Part shown: positions 19,256 through 28,176 of the stretch, piece after piece
Numbering within the stretch: position 1 is the first letter of the stretch
Layout of the letters: each line of letters opens with the position of its first letter
Source: Bacillota bacterium
Lineage (GTDB): Bacteria > Bacillota > Clostridia > Acetivibrionales > JAMNYG01
NCBI GenBank assembly: GCA_023622945.1
Contig: JAMNYG010000187.1
Location: 3,940 to 67,939 of the forward strand
Length of the DNA stretch: 64,000 bases
Reading direction: 5' to 3'
Notes under the pieces: generated by a model
Databases searched by the model: none
Told to the model about the DNA's origin: nothing
The model's input: only the letters and a program-made list of their open reading frames with translations
Program-made: the position numbers and the translations under genes

Positions 19256-19360
19256 AATTTATGCAAGAGCATGGAACAGAATTTCTGCAGGGACATGGAA
19301 CCAAATTACTGAAAGGGCATGGAACAGAATCACTGTAAGAGCATGGAAGAAACACTGCTG
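19240..19360. repeat. degenerate tandem repeat, 24-nt unit x5; the first unit is the last 16 nt of trmD (stop codon included) plus 8 nt
   Basis: caggaatatggaataaaatttatg / caagagcatggaacagaatttctg / cagggacatggaaccaaattactg / aaagggcatggaacagaatcactg / taagagcatggaagaaacactgctg. Confidence 0.85.
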
Positions 19361-19389
19361 CAGAAAAATACCGTGAAAGGTATAATTGC

Positions 19390-19431
19390 TTAGATAATTA
19401 TATTGTATTTTTAGATAATCATATTGTATTC
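19390..19431. repeat. direct duplication, 21 nt x2 (TTAGATAATYATATTGTATTY)
   Basis: ttagataattatattgtattt / ttagataatcatattgtattc. Confidence 0.8.
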
Positions 19432-19457
19432 GGGACATGACTGTTATATAATACCTC

Positions 19458-19473
19458 ATGTAATCCATTACAT
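19458..19473. promoter_or_regulatory. candidate LacI-family operator, perfect palindrome ATGTAAT-CC-ATTACAT
   Basis: A 7+2+7 perfect inverted repeat of the TGTAA..TTACA type typical of LacI/CcpA-family operators. It starts 5 nt downstream of a TATAAT (19447-19452) and lies ~70 nt upstream of the LacI-family gene. Confidence 0.45.
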
Positions 19474-19544
19474 TTATGAAAATCATGGATTTTAACAATT
19501 AAGAGTTCTGACATGAGTTTATGGATTTTCCTGCGGAGGTATTG

Positions 19545-20549
19545 ATGGCTACCATTGTTGATGTGGCAAGGGAAGCAGAGGTATCTGTTGCAACAGTATC
19601 CAGGGTATTAAACAACAGTACTTCTGTTTTGCCCAAAACACGTGAGGCAGTTCTTGAAGCAATTGAAAAACTGAATTACAAGCCGAATCTTCTGGGCAGG
19701 AATTTGAGAAGATCTCAGACCAAAATGATACTTGTGCTTCTTCCTACCGTATCAAATCCCTTTTACTCAGGAATAGTCAAGGGTATAGAGGATATCGGCC
19801 ATAAAAACGGTTACAATATAATGCTCTGTAACACCAACTCCGATTACCAGAGGGAAAAGACATACCTGGAGCTTCTTAAGAACAAGCTGTCCGACGGAGT
19901 TATATTCATGGCTCCTGAACTGAATGAGGAGGAACTGTCCGAAATAGGAAGCAAATATCCGGCGGTTCAATGCTGTGAATACAAGGAAGGGGCCTGCGTT
20001 TCCCACGTATCAATAGATAATTACAAAGCAGCATACGAAATAGTAAGCCACCTTATAGAGCTCGGACACAGGAGAATAGGGCTTATAGGAAGCAAAAGCA
20101 ACTGCATTTCATCCATCCAAAGACATGAAGCATATAAAAGGGCTTTGGAGGATAACGGCATTCAATTTGATACCGATCTTGTGGGCTATGGCAACTACAG
20201 TTACAAAAGGGCACTGAAGGCTGCAAAAGCTTTGCTTTCCCGTGACGACAGGCCAACGGCAATATTTGCAATCTCGGATATAATGGCAATAGGGGCCATA
20301 AGGGCTGCCAAAGAAGCCAGGTTGAGGGTACCGCATGATGTAGCAGTTGCAGGTTTTGACAATATTGATTTCGCTTCCATGTATGACCCCATGATAACTA
20401 CCATAGCGCAGCCAAGGTATGAAATGGGTTGCGTCGCCATGGAATTGCTCCTTAAGCAGATAAAAGGAGAGCTCGATGAGCCGAAAAGCATTATGCTTGA
20501 CTACAATCTGATCATCAGGGAATCTACCAAGGTAGATACCTTGAAGTGA
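19545..20549 (+). CDS. LacI-family transcriptional regulator
   Basis: N-terminal [26 protein letters not shown] plus a periplasmic-binding-protein-like sugar-binding core. The ATG at 19545 after GGAGG is preferred over 19521. Confidence 0.85.
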   Translation: MATIVDVAREAEVSVATVSRVLNNSTSVLPKTREAVLEAIEKLNYKPNLLGRNLRRSQTKMILVLLPTVSNPFYSGIVKGIEDIGHKNGYNIMLCNTNSDYQREKTYLELLKNKLSDGVIFMAPELNEEELSEIGSKYPAVQCCEYKEGACVSHVSIDNYKAAYEIVSHLIELGHRRIGLIGSKSNCISSIQRHEAYKRALEDNGIQFDTDLVGYGNYSYKRALKAAKALLSRDDRPTAIFAISDIMAIGAIRAAKEARLRVPHDVAVAGFDNIDFASMYDPMITTIAQPRYEMGCVAMELLLKQIKGELDEPKSIMLDYNLIIRESTKVDTLK

Positions 20550-20584
20550 TATCAAAGCAAATATTATCAAAGGAGATGAAAGCG

Positions 20585-21307
20585 ATGGCTATCAGGGTCA
20601 CCGTATGGAATGAGTACCGTCATGAAAAGAGAGAGGAGAGAATTGCCAAGATTTATCCTGAAGGAATACATAATGCGATTGCAGGGTACCTGAAGGAAGA
20701 ACCGGATTTTGAAGTAAGGACGGCTACATTGGACCAACCTGAACACGGCCTGACAGACGAAGTACTGGAAAATACGGATGTCCTTATATGGTGGGGACAC
20801 ATGGCTCACAGAGAAGTTAAGGACGAGATTGTTGAAAAGATCTATTACAGGGTTCTCAAAGGAATGGGATTAATAGCTCTTCACTCTGCACACCTTTCAA
20901 AGATATTCGTCAAGCTCATGGGAACCAGCTGTACTCTGAAATGGCGCGAAGCAGGTGAAAATGAAAGATTGTGGGTTGTAGAGCCCAGCCATCCCATCGC
21001 AGAAGGAATAGGAGAGTACATAGATATAGAGCAGGAAGAAATGTACGGAGAAAGATTTGACATTCCTACTCCCGATGAACTTGTATTTATCGGATGGTTT
21101 AAAGGCGGAGAGGTATTCAGAAGCGGTTGCTGTTACAAGAGAGGCTACGGTAAGGTATTTTATTTCCAGCCCGGACATGAATCATATCCTGTATACCACA
21201 ATCCCCAAATAATAAAAGTCATTAAGAATGCTGTAAGATGGGCAAAACCTGTGAAAATGATTTCTGAAATCACCTGTCCCAATGTAAAACCTCTGGAGAA
21301 GATATGA
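20585..21307 (+). CDS. ThuA-like (trehalose-utilisation family) class-I glutamine-amidotransferase-like protein
   Basis: [13 protein letters not shown]...DVLIWWGH...FYFQPGHE pattern typical of ThuA-domain proteins. It is paired with a Gfo/Idh/MocA oxidoreductase as in thuAB-like loci. Assigned from memory of the family, not from a search. Confidence 0.65.
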   Translation: MAIRVTVWNEYRHEKREERIAKIYPEGIHNAIAGYLKEEPDFEVRTATLDQPEHGLTDEVLENTDVLIWWGHMAHREVKDEIVEKIYYRVLKGMGLIALHSAHLSKIFVKLMGTSCTLKWREAGENERLWVVEPSHPIAEGIGEYIDIEQEEMYGERFDIPTPDELVFIGWFKGGEVFRSGCCYKRGYGKVFYFQPGHESYPVYHNPQIIKVIKNAVRWAKPVKMISEITCPNVKPLEKI

Positions 21308-21369
21308 TGCCTCCGGAGAAGACTTAGTGCTTTTGGAAAGGATTTAATGCCTCAAGAGGAGATTTGTTG
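21290..21369. repeat. tandem repeat, 20-nt unit x4; unit 1 is the 3' end of the ThuA-like CDS including its stop
   Basis: cctctggagaagataTGAtg / cctccggagaagactTAGtg / cttttggaaaggattTAAtg / cctcaagaggagattTGTtg. Unit positions 16-18 read TGA, TAG, TAA, TGT. A further diverged unit lies at ~21383-21402. Confidence 0.85.
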
Positions 21370-21476
21370 TTCAGGTTTGATGACTCAGGAAGGATTAAAT
21401 TAACTGTTTGATATCGGGATGAATGAGGAATCATCATTCCGTATCCATATAATAAAAAAACAGGAGGGTGTTCAGT

Positions 21477-22568
21477 ATGTCTAAATGTGAAACCACTGTA
21501 AGGGTCGGTATAATCGGCTGCGGAGGTATAGCAAACGGCAAGCACATGCCCGCCCTTTCCAGACTTAAGAATGTACAGATGGTTGCATTTTGCGATATTG
21601 TACCTGAAAGGGCTGAAAAGGCAGCAAAGGATTACGGAACTGAGGATGCAAAGGTTTATACTGACTACAGGAAGCTTTTGGAAGATAAGACCATTGACGT
21701 GGTACATGTATGTACCCCCAATAAATCCCATGCAGATATAACCGTTGATGCCCTGGAATCCGGCAAGCACGTTATGTGTGAAAAGCCGATGGCAAAGACG
21801 GCAGAAGGTGCCCGCAGGATGGTGGAAGCTGCAAAGCGTACAGGCAAAAAGCTGACCATAGGCTATCAAAACAGGTACAGGGCTGATTCTCAGTATCTCT
21901 ACAAACTCTGCAGAAGGGGAGATCTGGGAGAAATTTACTTTGCAAAAGCCCATGCCATCCGCCGTCGTGCAGTTCCTACCTGGGGAGTTTTCTTAAATGA
22001 AGAAGAACAGGGTGGAGGACCGTTGATAGACATAGGCACCCATGCTCTGGACCTTACCCTCTGGATGATGGACAACTACGAACCCAAGTATGTTGTAGGA
22101 AATGTATATCAGAAGCTCGGAAAACTAAAAGGACAGGCCAATGCATGGGGTCCCTGGGATCCTGAAAAATACACCGTTGAGGATTCGGCATTCGGATTCA
22201 TTACAATGAAAAACGGTGCAACCATCGTACTCGAATCCAGCTGGGCTTTGAATACCTTGCAGGAAGGTGAAGCAATAACCACCCTCTGCGGAACAGAAGG
22301 CGGAGCCGATATGTGGGACGGGCTCAGGATAAATGGAGAAGAATTCGGAAGACTGTATGTCACAAAACCCGATTTCAGAGCCGGCGGCGCAGCATACTTT
22401 GAAGGAAGAGTGGAAAAAGAAGGCGATGTTGAAGCAAGGCTTTGGATAGACAGCATAGTTAACGACACCGAGCTGGTAGTAAAACCCGAACAGACTCTTG
22501 TTGTAACTGAGATACTTGAAGCTATCTACACATCCGCAAAAACCGGAAAGCCGGTATATTTTGAATAA
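21477..22568 (+). CDS. Gfo/Idh/MocA-family NAD(P)-dependent oxidoreductase
   Basis: Rossmann N-terminus VGIIGCGGIANGKH, and EKPMA in the conserved position. Confidence 0.85.
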   Translation: MSKCETTVRVGIIGCGGIANGKHMPALSRLKNVQMVAFCDIVPERAEKAAKDYGTEDAKVYTDYRKLLEDKTIDVVHVCTPNKSHADITVDALESGKHVMCEKPMAKTAEGARRMVEAAKRTGKKLTIGYQNRYRADSQYLYKLCRRGDLGEIYFAKAHAIRRRAVPTWGVFLNEEEQGGGPLIDIGTHALDLTLWMMDNYEPKYVVGNVYQKLGKLKGQANAWGPWDPEKYTVEDSAFGFITMKNGATIVLESSWALNTLQEGEAITTLCGTEGGADMWDGLRINGEEFGRLYVTKPDFRAGGAAYFEGRVEKEGDVEARLWIDSIVNDTELVVKPEQTLVVTEILEAIYTSAKTGKPVYFE

Positions 22569-22599
22569 TATGCGCAACTGTTCTGATCAGGATATATAC

Positions 22600-22640
22600 G
22601 TAAGGCTCACCAGGCAGGTGGGCCTTACAAAAAGCTTTTT
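22600..22640 (+). terminator. possible terminator hairpin after the oxidoreductase gene
   Basis: GTAAGGCTCACCaggcaGGTGGGCCTTAC: a 12-bp stem with one G-U pair. The T-run is separated from the stem by AAAAAGC, so it is atypical. Confidence 0.45.
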
Positions 22641-22644
22641 CGCA

Positions 22645-22820
22645 TTATAAAATATGCTTTATGACAAAGATGCCTGATAAATATGAAATATACTTCATAA
22701 TAAAAATACCTGATAACAACAAAAATATGTTTTATGGATAAAAATGCTTGGTAAAAAATAAAAATGTAGTTCATGGACAAAAAAACCTGATAAAACTATA
22801 AAAAATATCTGATGACATGA
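22645..22820. repeat. degenerate tandem repeat, ~38-nt unit x~4.5 (AAAAATATGYTTTATGRNNAAAAATRCCTGATAA)
   Basis: aaaatatgctttatgacaaagatgcctgataaat / atgaaatatacttcataataaaaatacctgataacaac / aaaaatatgttttatggataaaaatgcttggtaaaaaat / aaaaatgtagttcatggacaaaaaaacctgataaaac / tataaaaaatatctgatgac. Confidence 0.75.
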
Positions 22821-22831
22821 AGGTGTTTGAT

Positions 22832-23578
22832 ATGAGCATATCTATAGGACTTCAATTATATACGGTACGCCAGGATACGGCAAAGGATTTTGAAGGGACT
22901 CTTGAAAAGGTTGCCGAGGTAGGATACAAAGGTGTTGAATTTGCAGGATACGGCGGCCTTTCAGCTTCCAGAATGAAATCTTTGCTGGACAGACTGGGAT
23001 TAAAGCCCTGCGGAAGCCATGTGGGCATTGACGATTTGAAAAATAAACTGGATGAGGTTATAGAATACAACCTTGAAATAGGAAACCAATATATCATTTG
23101 CCCCTGGGCATCCTATGAATCAAAGGAAGATTTCCACGAGATGGCCAGGTTCCTCAACGGGATTGGCGAAAGATGCAGGGCAAAAGGGCTTTACTTTGGC
23201 TATCATAACCATGCTCAGGAATTTGCCTGCTTTGACGGAGTATACGGACTGGATATTTTATACCAGGAAACCGATCCTGAACTGGTAAAGGCGGAAATTG
23301 ACGTTTACTGGGTCAAGTATGCAGGACTGGATCCCCTGGAAGTATTGAAAAAGTATGCAGGGCGCATTCCCCTGATACATTTTAAGGATATGGATGCAGG
23401 CGAGAAAAGGGAAATGACAGAAGTAGGAAATGGAATTATAGATTTTAAAGCCATTGCTGACTTCGGAAAAAAGAATGATGCAAAGTGGTTCATAGTAGAA
23501 CAGGATGTATGCAGGCGTCCTGCCCTTGAAAGCATCAAAATAAGCTATGACAATCTGATGAAGATGAACATTCTGTAA
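22832..23578 (+). CDS. sugar phosphate isomerase/epimerase (xylose-isomerase-like TIM barrel)
   Basis: Typical AP-endonuclease-2/xylose-isomerase-like TIM features (GYKGVEFAG, HNH, EQD near the C-terminus). The ATG at 22832 after GAAGGTG is preferred over 22817. Confidence 0.8.
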   Translation: MSISIGLQLYTVRQDTAKDFEGTLEKVAEVGYKGVEFAGYGGLSASRMKSLLDRLGLKPCGSHVGIDDLKNKLDEVIEYNLEIGNQYIICPWASYESKEDFHEMARFLNGIGERCRAKGLYFGYHNHAQEFACFDGVYGLDILYQETDPELVKAEIDVYWVKYAGLDPLEVLKKYAGRIPLIHFKDMDAGEKREMTEVGNGIIDFKAIADFGKKNDAKWFIVEQDVCRRPALESIKISYDNLMKMNIL

Positions 23579-23590
23579 ATTCAATGAGCC

Positions 23591-23640
23591 AGGGGGCTGA
23601 CTAAAAAAGGTTATTAACCTGAAAGGCAGCCCCTTTTTCC
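23591..23640 (+). terminator. rho-independent terminator after the isomerase gene
   Basis: AGGGGGCTG...(27-nt loop with an inner AGGTT/AACCT stem)...CAGCCCCTTTTT. A second hairpin CCGGAGA-N13-TCTCCGG follows at 23652-23679. Confidence 0.7.
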
Positions 23641-23706
23641 TTTTCAAGCCCCCGGAGAAGAAATGGACAGAATCTCCGGTTGTTTTATGCCTAAAAATCA
23701 GTCCCC

Positions 23707-23735
23707 TTTACATGTGCCTGGATTGCGGTTATAAT
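23707..23735 (+). promoter_or_regulatory. candidate sigma-A promoter for lspA-rluD
   Basis: TTTACA (23707-23712), 17-nt spacer, TATAAT (23730-23735). Confidence 0.55.
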
Positions 23736-23772
23736 TTCTATATTGACAAAAACACAAAGGAGAATGCAATAT

Positions 23773-24267
23773 ATGCCCTGGATATTGATTATTGCTGCCA
23801 TTGCAATCCTTGACCAGGCAACAAAATATCTGATCATGAAAAACCTCAGTTTTTCCGACTCAATTACCGTCATTAAGGATTTTTTCTATATAGTGCGTGT
23901 TGAGAATACCGGCGCAGCCATGGGAATGCTCCAGAACGGAAGGTATTTCCTTGTTCCTGCAACTGCCGTCATAGGGATCATTGTTTCCATTGCGCTGGTA
24001 AAAGCGGAAAGCGTTTTTCTCAAAATATCCCTTTCATTCATACTGGGAGGGGCATTAGGGAATTTTATAGACAGAGTATTCAGGGGCAGGGTAACCGATT
24101 TCCTGGATTTTCATATAGGCAGTTTCAGGTTTTGGACTTTTAATCTGGCAGATGTATTTATAGTTGTGGGGACAATAATGCTGGCTGCCTATATTCTGTT
24201 TTTCTATAAAGAGTCTCAGGAAAGCAAGGCAGCAACAGAAGGGCTGAAGGAAGCTGACGGGGAATGA
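23773..24267 (+). CDS. lspA: lipoprotein signal peptidase (signal peptidase II)
   Basis: Four-TM protein with DQ.TK, GGALGN..DR and FNLADVFI motifs. The ATG at 23773 is preferred on RBS spacing. Confidence 0.9.
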   Translation: MPWILIIAAIAILDQATKYLIMKNLSFSDSITVIKDFFYIVRVENTGAAMGMLQNGRYFLVPATAVIGIIVSIALVKAESVFLKISLSFILGGALGNFIDRVFRGRVTDFLDFHIGSFRFWTFNLADVFIVVGTIMLAAYILFFYKESQESKAATEGLKEADGE

Positions 24268-25178
24268 TAACCAAGGAAATTAGGCTTGTATCGGATGAAG
24301 AAGGTGTAAGGCTGGATTCATGGCTAACTGAAAAAATAGGCGGGTTTTCCCGCTCATATATTCAGAAGCTCATACGTGACGGAAACGTTGAGGTCAACGG
24401 AAAGAATCCCAAGGCAAACTATAAGCTTAAGCTTGAGGACCGGATATCCGTATTTGTTCCCGAACCGGAAAAACTGGATGTGAAACCTGAAAACATCCAT
24501 CTGGATATTATGTACGAGGATGATGACATCATTGTTGTAAACAAGCCGAAAGGCATGGTTGTACATCCTGCTGCAGGAAATTACACCGGGACACTTGTTA
24601 ATGCTCTTATGGCTCACTGCAAAGACAATCTGTCTGATATTAACGGGGTCATAAGGCCGGGTATAGTTCACAGGATAGATAAGGATACATCCGGAATCCT
24701 GGTGGTGGCCAAAAACAATGAAGCCCATGAAAAACTGTCCCAGATGCTGAAAAAACATGATATAAAGCGTGTTTACCATGCCGTTGTGGAAGGAGTCATA
24801 CAGGAAGATTGCGGCAAAATAGATGCACCCATCGGAAGGCATCCCGTTGACAGAAAGAAAATGGCGGTAAACACCAGGAACGGCAGAAATGCCGTCACAT
24901 ATTTTAAAGTGCTGGAAAGGTTTAAACGGGCTACATACGTTGAAGTAACCCTGGAAACCGGAAGAACCCATCAGATAAGGGTTCACATGTCATATATAGG
25001 CCATCCTGTTGCCGGTGATGAAGTATACGGCAGACGTAAGCAGGAATATGGTTTTTCAGGCCAGGCCCTCCATGCAAAAATCCTTGGGTTTGTTCATCCG
25101 ACAAAAAACAGGTATATGGAGTTTGACTCCGGGCTTCCTGAATATTTTAAGAAGCTGTTGGATGATTTAAGGAAATAG
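24264..25178 (+). CDS. rluD: 23S rRNA pseudouridine synthase, RluD/RluA family
   Basis: N-terminal S4 domain, catalytic HRIDKDTSG, and TGRTHQIRVH. Conserved lspA-rluD pairing. Confidence 0.9.
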   Translation: MITKEIRLVSDEEGVRLDSWLTEKIGGFSRSYIQKLIRDGNVEVNGKNPKANYKLKLEDRISVFVPEPEKLDVKPENIHLDIMYEDDDIIVVNKPKGMVVHPAAGNYTGTLVNALMAHCKDNLSDINGVIRPGIVHRIDKDTSGILVVAKNNEAHEKLSQMLKKHDIKRVYHAVVEGVIQEDCGKIDAPIGRHPVDRKKMAVNTRNGRNAVTYFKVLERFKRATYVEVTLETGRTHQIRVHMSYIGHPVAGDEVYGRRKQEYGFSGQALHAKILGFVHPTKNRYMEFDSGLPEYFKKLLDDLRK

Positions 25179-25304
25179 CTTTTTGTACCCGGATATCGGA
25201 TTTTGGGAGATTGTTCAGGATAATACTTGCTTGTGCCGGGTATGATGTTCAGGTATAATGATATGGTTATTGTGATACCTTATTTATGCCGGCTATGTAA
25301 TATC

Positions 25305-26171
25305 TTAATTATACCACGTGTTATATACCGAGTCTTCCGGATGATACAGGTAGATCCATCCGTTTTTTCTGCAGAATTTTTCCGTTTCACCGTCTTGATC
25401 GAAAGAAATAACCAGCACCCTGCATCCGTTCCTCTTTGAAGTTTTAAGGATAGAAGCCAGAAGTTTCTGATAGTATTCGCTGTCTTTCATCTTGTTGTAG
25501 CTGAAATCTTCATACAATATGCCATCCACATATTTGCCGCTAAATTGGGAAAAGGAATTAAAAGCCCTGTTCTGGATTACCGAAAGATCACTGAAATTCG
25601 TTTTCAGTTTGGCAAGAAATTCTCTGTAGCCCTGGATACACCTTTCCACTTGCTTTTCATCTTTCAGATATTCCATTCTGTCCAAAGTATCCAAAAACAC
25701 ACCGTCAAAACCCAGGCCAATGATTTTTTTCTGTATAAGCTTAAGCAAAACATCATGATAGTGGGAAGAAGTTATGTCGGCAAGGTAACAGTCGTGATCT
25801 GACACGTATACCTTTTCACCGTTTATTTTCAGGTAGTCTTCTTCCTTTATAAGATTTAACTTTAGTGAGTCGTACGGTTCAATATCGATAACCGATATGT
25901 ACCCGTAAACCAAGGTTTTGCCCTGCTCACGAATTTCTCTGATTTCCCGGGAAGTAACAGCAGCAGGTTCCAGAATGACCAAATCCAGTTTCTTTATTTC
26001 TTCTATTATCTCGGGAGTAAGATGGTCATAATATACTTTATATGTCTTGACATCCTTCAGGGGATTGGGATTTCCTATTCTTCTGAAAAATCCTATCAAA
26101 CCGTCCAGGTTAAAAAACAAGAGAACCATTATGACCATGAACAAAAGAAACGCTGTAATATTTTTTGACAT
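25305..26171 (-). CDS. membrane-anchored GH114/TM1410-like putative polysaccharide hydrolase
   Basis: N-terminal TM helix, then a TIM-barrel-like region with GFDGVFLDTLD, which recalls endo-alpha-1,4-polygalactosaminidase (GH114)-like proteins. The family assignment is from memory and is unverified. Confidence 0.5.
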   Translation of the reverse strand: MSKNITAFLLFMVIMVLLFFNLDGLIGFFRRIGNPNPLKDVKTYKVYYDHLTPEIIEEIKKLDLVILEPAAVTSREIREIREQGKTLVYGYISVIDIEPYDSLKLNLIKEEDYLKINGEKVYVSDHDCYLADITSSHYHDVLLKLIQKKIIGLGFDGVFLDTLDRMEYLKDEKQVERCIQGYREFLAKLKTNFSDLSVIQNRAFNSFSQFSGKYVDGILYEDFSYNKMKDSEYYQKLLASILKTSKRNGCRVLVISFDQDGETEKFCRKNGWIYLYHPEDSVYNTWYN

Positions 26172-26321
26172 AGGAATAACTCCTCCTGTTCATTCATAAC
26201 ATAATTTTACAACTACAACCGAATTAATGGAATAAGTTTCTAAAAAAATAAACTTTTTTGTATTAAAAAAACTATGGACTTCGTAATTTTTATGTGATAT
26301 TATATCCTAAATTGCATATGA

Positions 26322-26426
26322 CCTTTAATTAGTCCAGTGAGGCTAAAAGGTAAGAGAACAAATTATTCCTTTGGAGTATAAACGAGCAGAAGTTTACTTC
26401 TTGCCTTTTGGCAAGAAGTTTTTTAT
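26322..26426 (+). promoter_or_regulatory. PyrR-dependent transcription attenuator (PyrR-binding hairpin plus terminator)
   Basis: The hairpin CCTTTaattAGTCCAGTGAGGCTAAAAGG (26322-26350) contains the conserved PyrR recognition loop (..UCCAG.GAGGCU). Downstream is the terminator ACTTCTTGCCttttGGCAAGAAGTtttttatt (26396-26426). Confidence 0.8.
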
Positions 26427-26455
26427 TAGTAAGATATAAACATTAGTCAGATTAA

Positions 26456-27070
<615 letters not shown>

Positions 27071-27115
27071 AGTAAGGAATATTATTTCCTTGCTTTATTT
27101 ATATATACGATTTCA

Positions 27116-27236
27116 GGCTAAATTTATACAAGGAGCTCGGCCTAAATTTATACAAGGAGTTCAGACCAAATTAAATCTAATGAGTTCAGATAAAATTTGT
27201 ACAGGGAATTCAGAATAAAACATCTCAAGGAGTGCA
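27116..27236. repeat. degenerate tandem repeat, ~24-25-nt unit x5 ending in the pyrB RBS
   Basis: ggctaaatttatacaaggagctc / ggcctaaatttatacaaggagttca / gaccaaattaaatctaatgagttca / gataaaatttgtacagggaattca / gaataaaacatctcaaggagtgca. The last unit carries the functional AAGGAG RBS of pyrB, and units 1-2 carry intact AAGGAG copies. Confidence 0.8.
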
Positions 27237-27240
27237 ATTT

Positions 27241-28176
27241 ATGATAAAAAGCAAAGATGTCCTGGGACTTCGAGACATGACTGCGGAAGAGATCAGGCAC
27301 ATACTTGACACTGCAAAAACCATGAAATATATTTTGCTGACAAATAACAAGAAAACCCCTCATCTCCAGGGAAAGTCCATAGTCACACTTTTTTACGAAA
27401 ACAGCACAAGGACCAGGCTTTCCTTCGAACTTGCTTCAAAATACATGAGCGCCAGTTCAGCCAATATATCAGCATCCGGAAGCAGCGTGGCAAAGGGTGA
27501 ATCCCTGGTGGATACCGGAAGAACCATTGACATGATGGGGGCTGATGTAATAGTAATAAGGCATCCCATGTCAGGAGCTCCCCACCTCCTTGCAAAATAT
27601 GTCAGGGCTTCAGTCATAAACGCAGGAGACGGAATGAATGAGCATCCAACACAGGCGTTGCTGGACATGTTCACAATTCTTGAAAAGAAAGGCACCATAG
27701 AAGGACTTAAGATAGCAATTGTGGGAGACATACTTCACAGCAGGGTTGCCCGGAGCAACATATGGGGATTGACAAAGCTGGGTGCAAAGGTATGCATTGC
27801 AGGACCTTCCACCTTGCTTCCTCCGGGTATTGAAAAAACCGGCGCTGAGGTATGCATGAATTTGCAGGAAGCAGTCAGAGAAGCTGATGTTGTCATGGGA
27901 CTTAGAATACAGCTTGAAAGGCAGAAAAAAGGCCTTTTCCCAAGCGCAAGGGAATACTCGAGATTCTTCGGGTTAAATGAAGAGGTGATAAGCCTTGCAA
28001 AGAAGGATGCCATAATAATGCATCCCGGTCCGGTCAACAGGGGCATTGAAATGACTTCTGAAGTGATAGATCATGAACGTTCAGTGATAAATGAACAGGT
28101 CACCAACGGAGTTGCCGTCAGGATGGCACTGCTTTACCTGTTAACAAGGAGGAGAAGCAATGAAGCTGCTGATTAG
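27241..28176 (+). CDS. pyrB: aspartate carbamoyltransferase catalytic subunit
   Basis: [15 protein letters not shown] and HPTQALLD motifs. Confidence 0.95.
   Translation: MIKSKDVLGLRDMTAEEIRHILDTAKTMKYILLTNNKKTPHLQGKSIVTLFYENSTRTRLSFELASKYMSASSANISASGSSVAKGESLVDTGRTIDMMGADVIVIRHPMSGAPHLLAKYVRASVINAGDGMNEHPTQALLDMFTILEKKGTIEGLKIAIVGDILHSRVARSNIWGLTKLGAKVCIAGPSTLLPPGIEKTGAEVCMNLQEAVREADVVMGLRIQLERQKKGLFPSAREYSRFFGLNEEVISLAKKDAIIMHPGPVNRGIEMTSEVIDHERSVINEQVTNGVAVRMALLYLLTRRRSNEAAD

Noticed and set aside
21324-21953. 209-aa minus-strand ORF overlapping the Gfo/Idh/MocA gene start
   Set aside because: It is antisense to a CDS with a clear Rossmann motif. Its sequence is Cys/His/Phe-rich with no domain signature, and its 3' part runs through the repeat array.
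19256-23700. LacI/ThuA/oxidoreductase/isomerase cassette as a mobile element or genomic island
   Set aside because: No integrase, transposase, tRNA attachment site or flanking direct or inverted repeats are visible, and the base composition looks like the surroundings. I report it only as a synteny break.
24354-24986. 210-aa minus-strand ORF opposite rluD
   Set aside because: It is antisense to a canonical pseudouridine synthase and has no independent support.
25179-25304. Terminator between the convergent rluD and GH114-like genes
   Set aside because: Only a GTACCCGG...GCCGGGTA pairing with a ~45-nt loop and no adjacent T-run is present. The region looks more like another weak repeat array than a terminator.
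27071-27240. A second PyrR-binding attenuator between pyrR and pyrB (as in Bacillus)
   Set aside because: No UCCAGAGAGGCU-like loop is present. There is only a weak AAGGAA/TTCCTT hairpin after pyrR and the RBS-derived repeat array.
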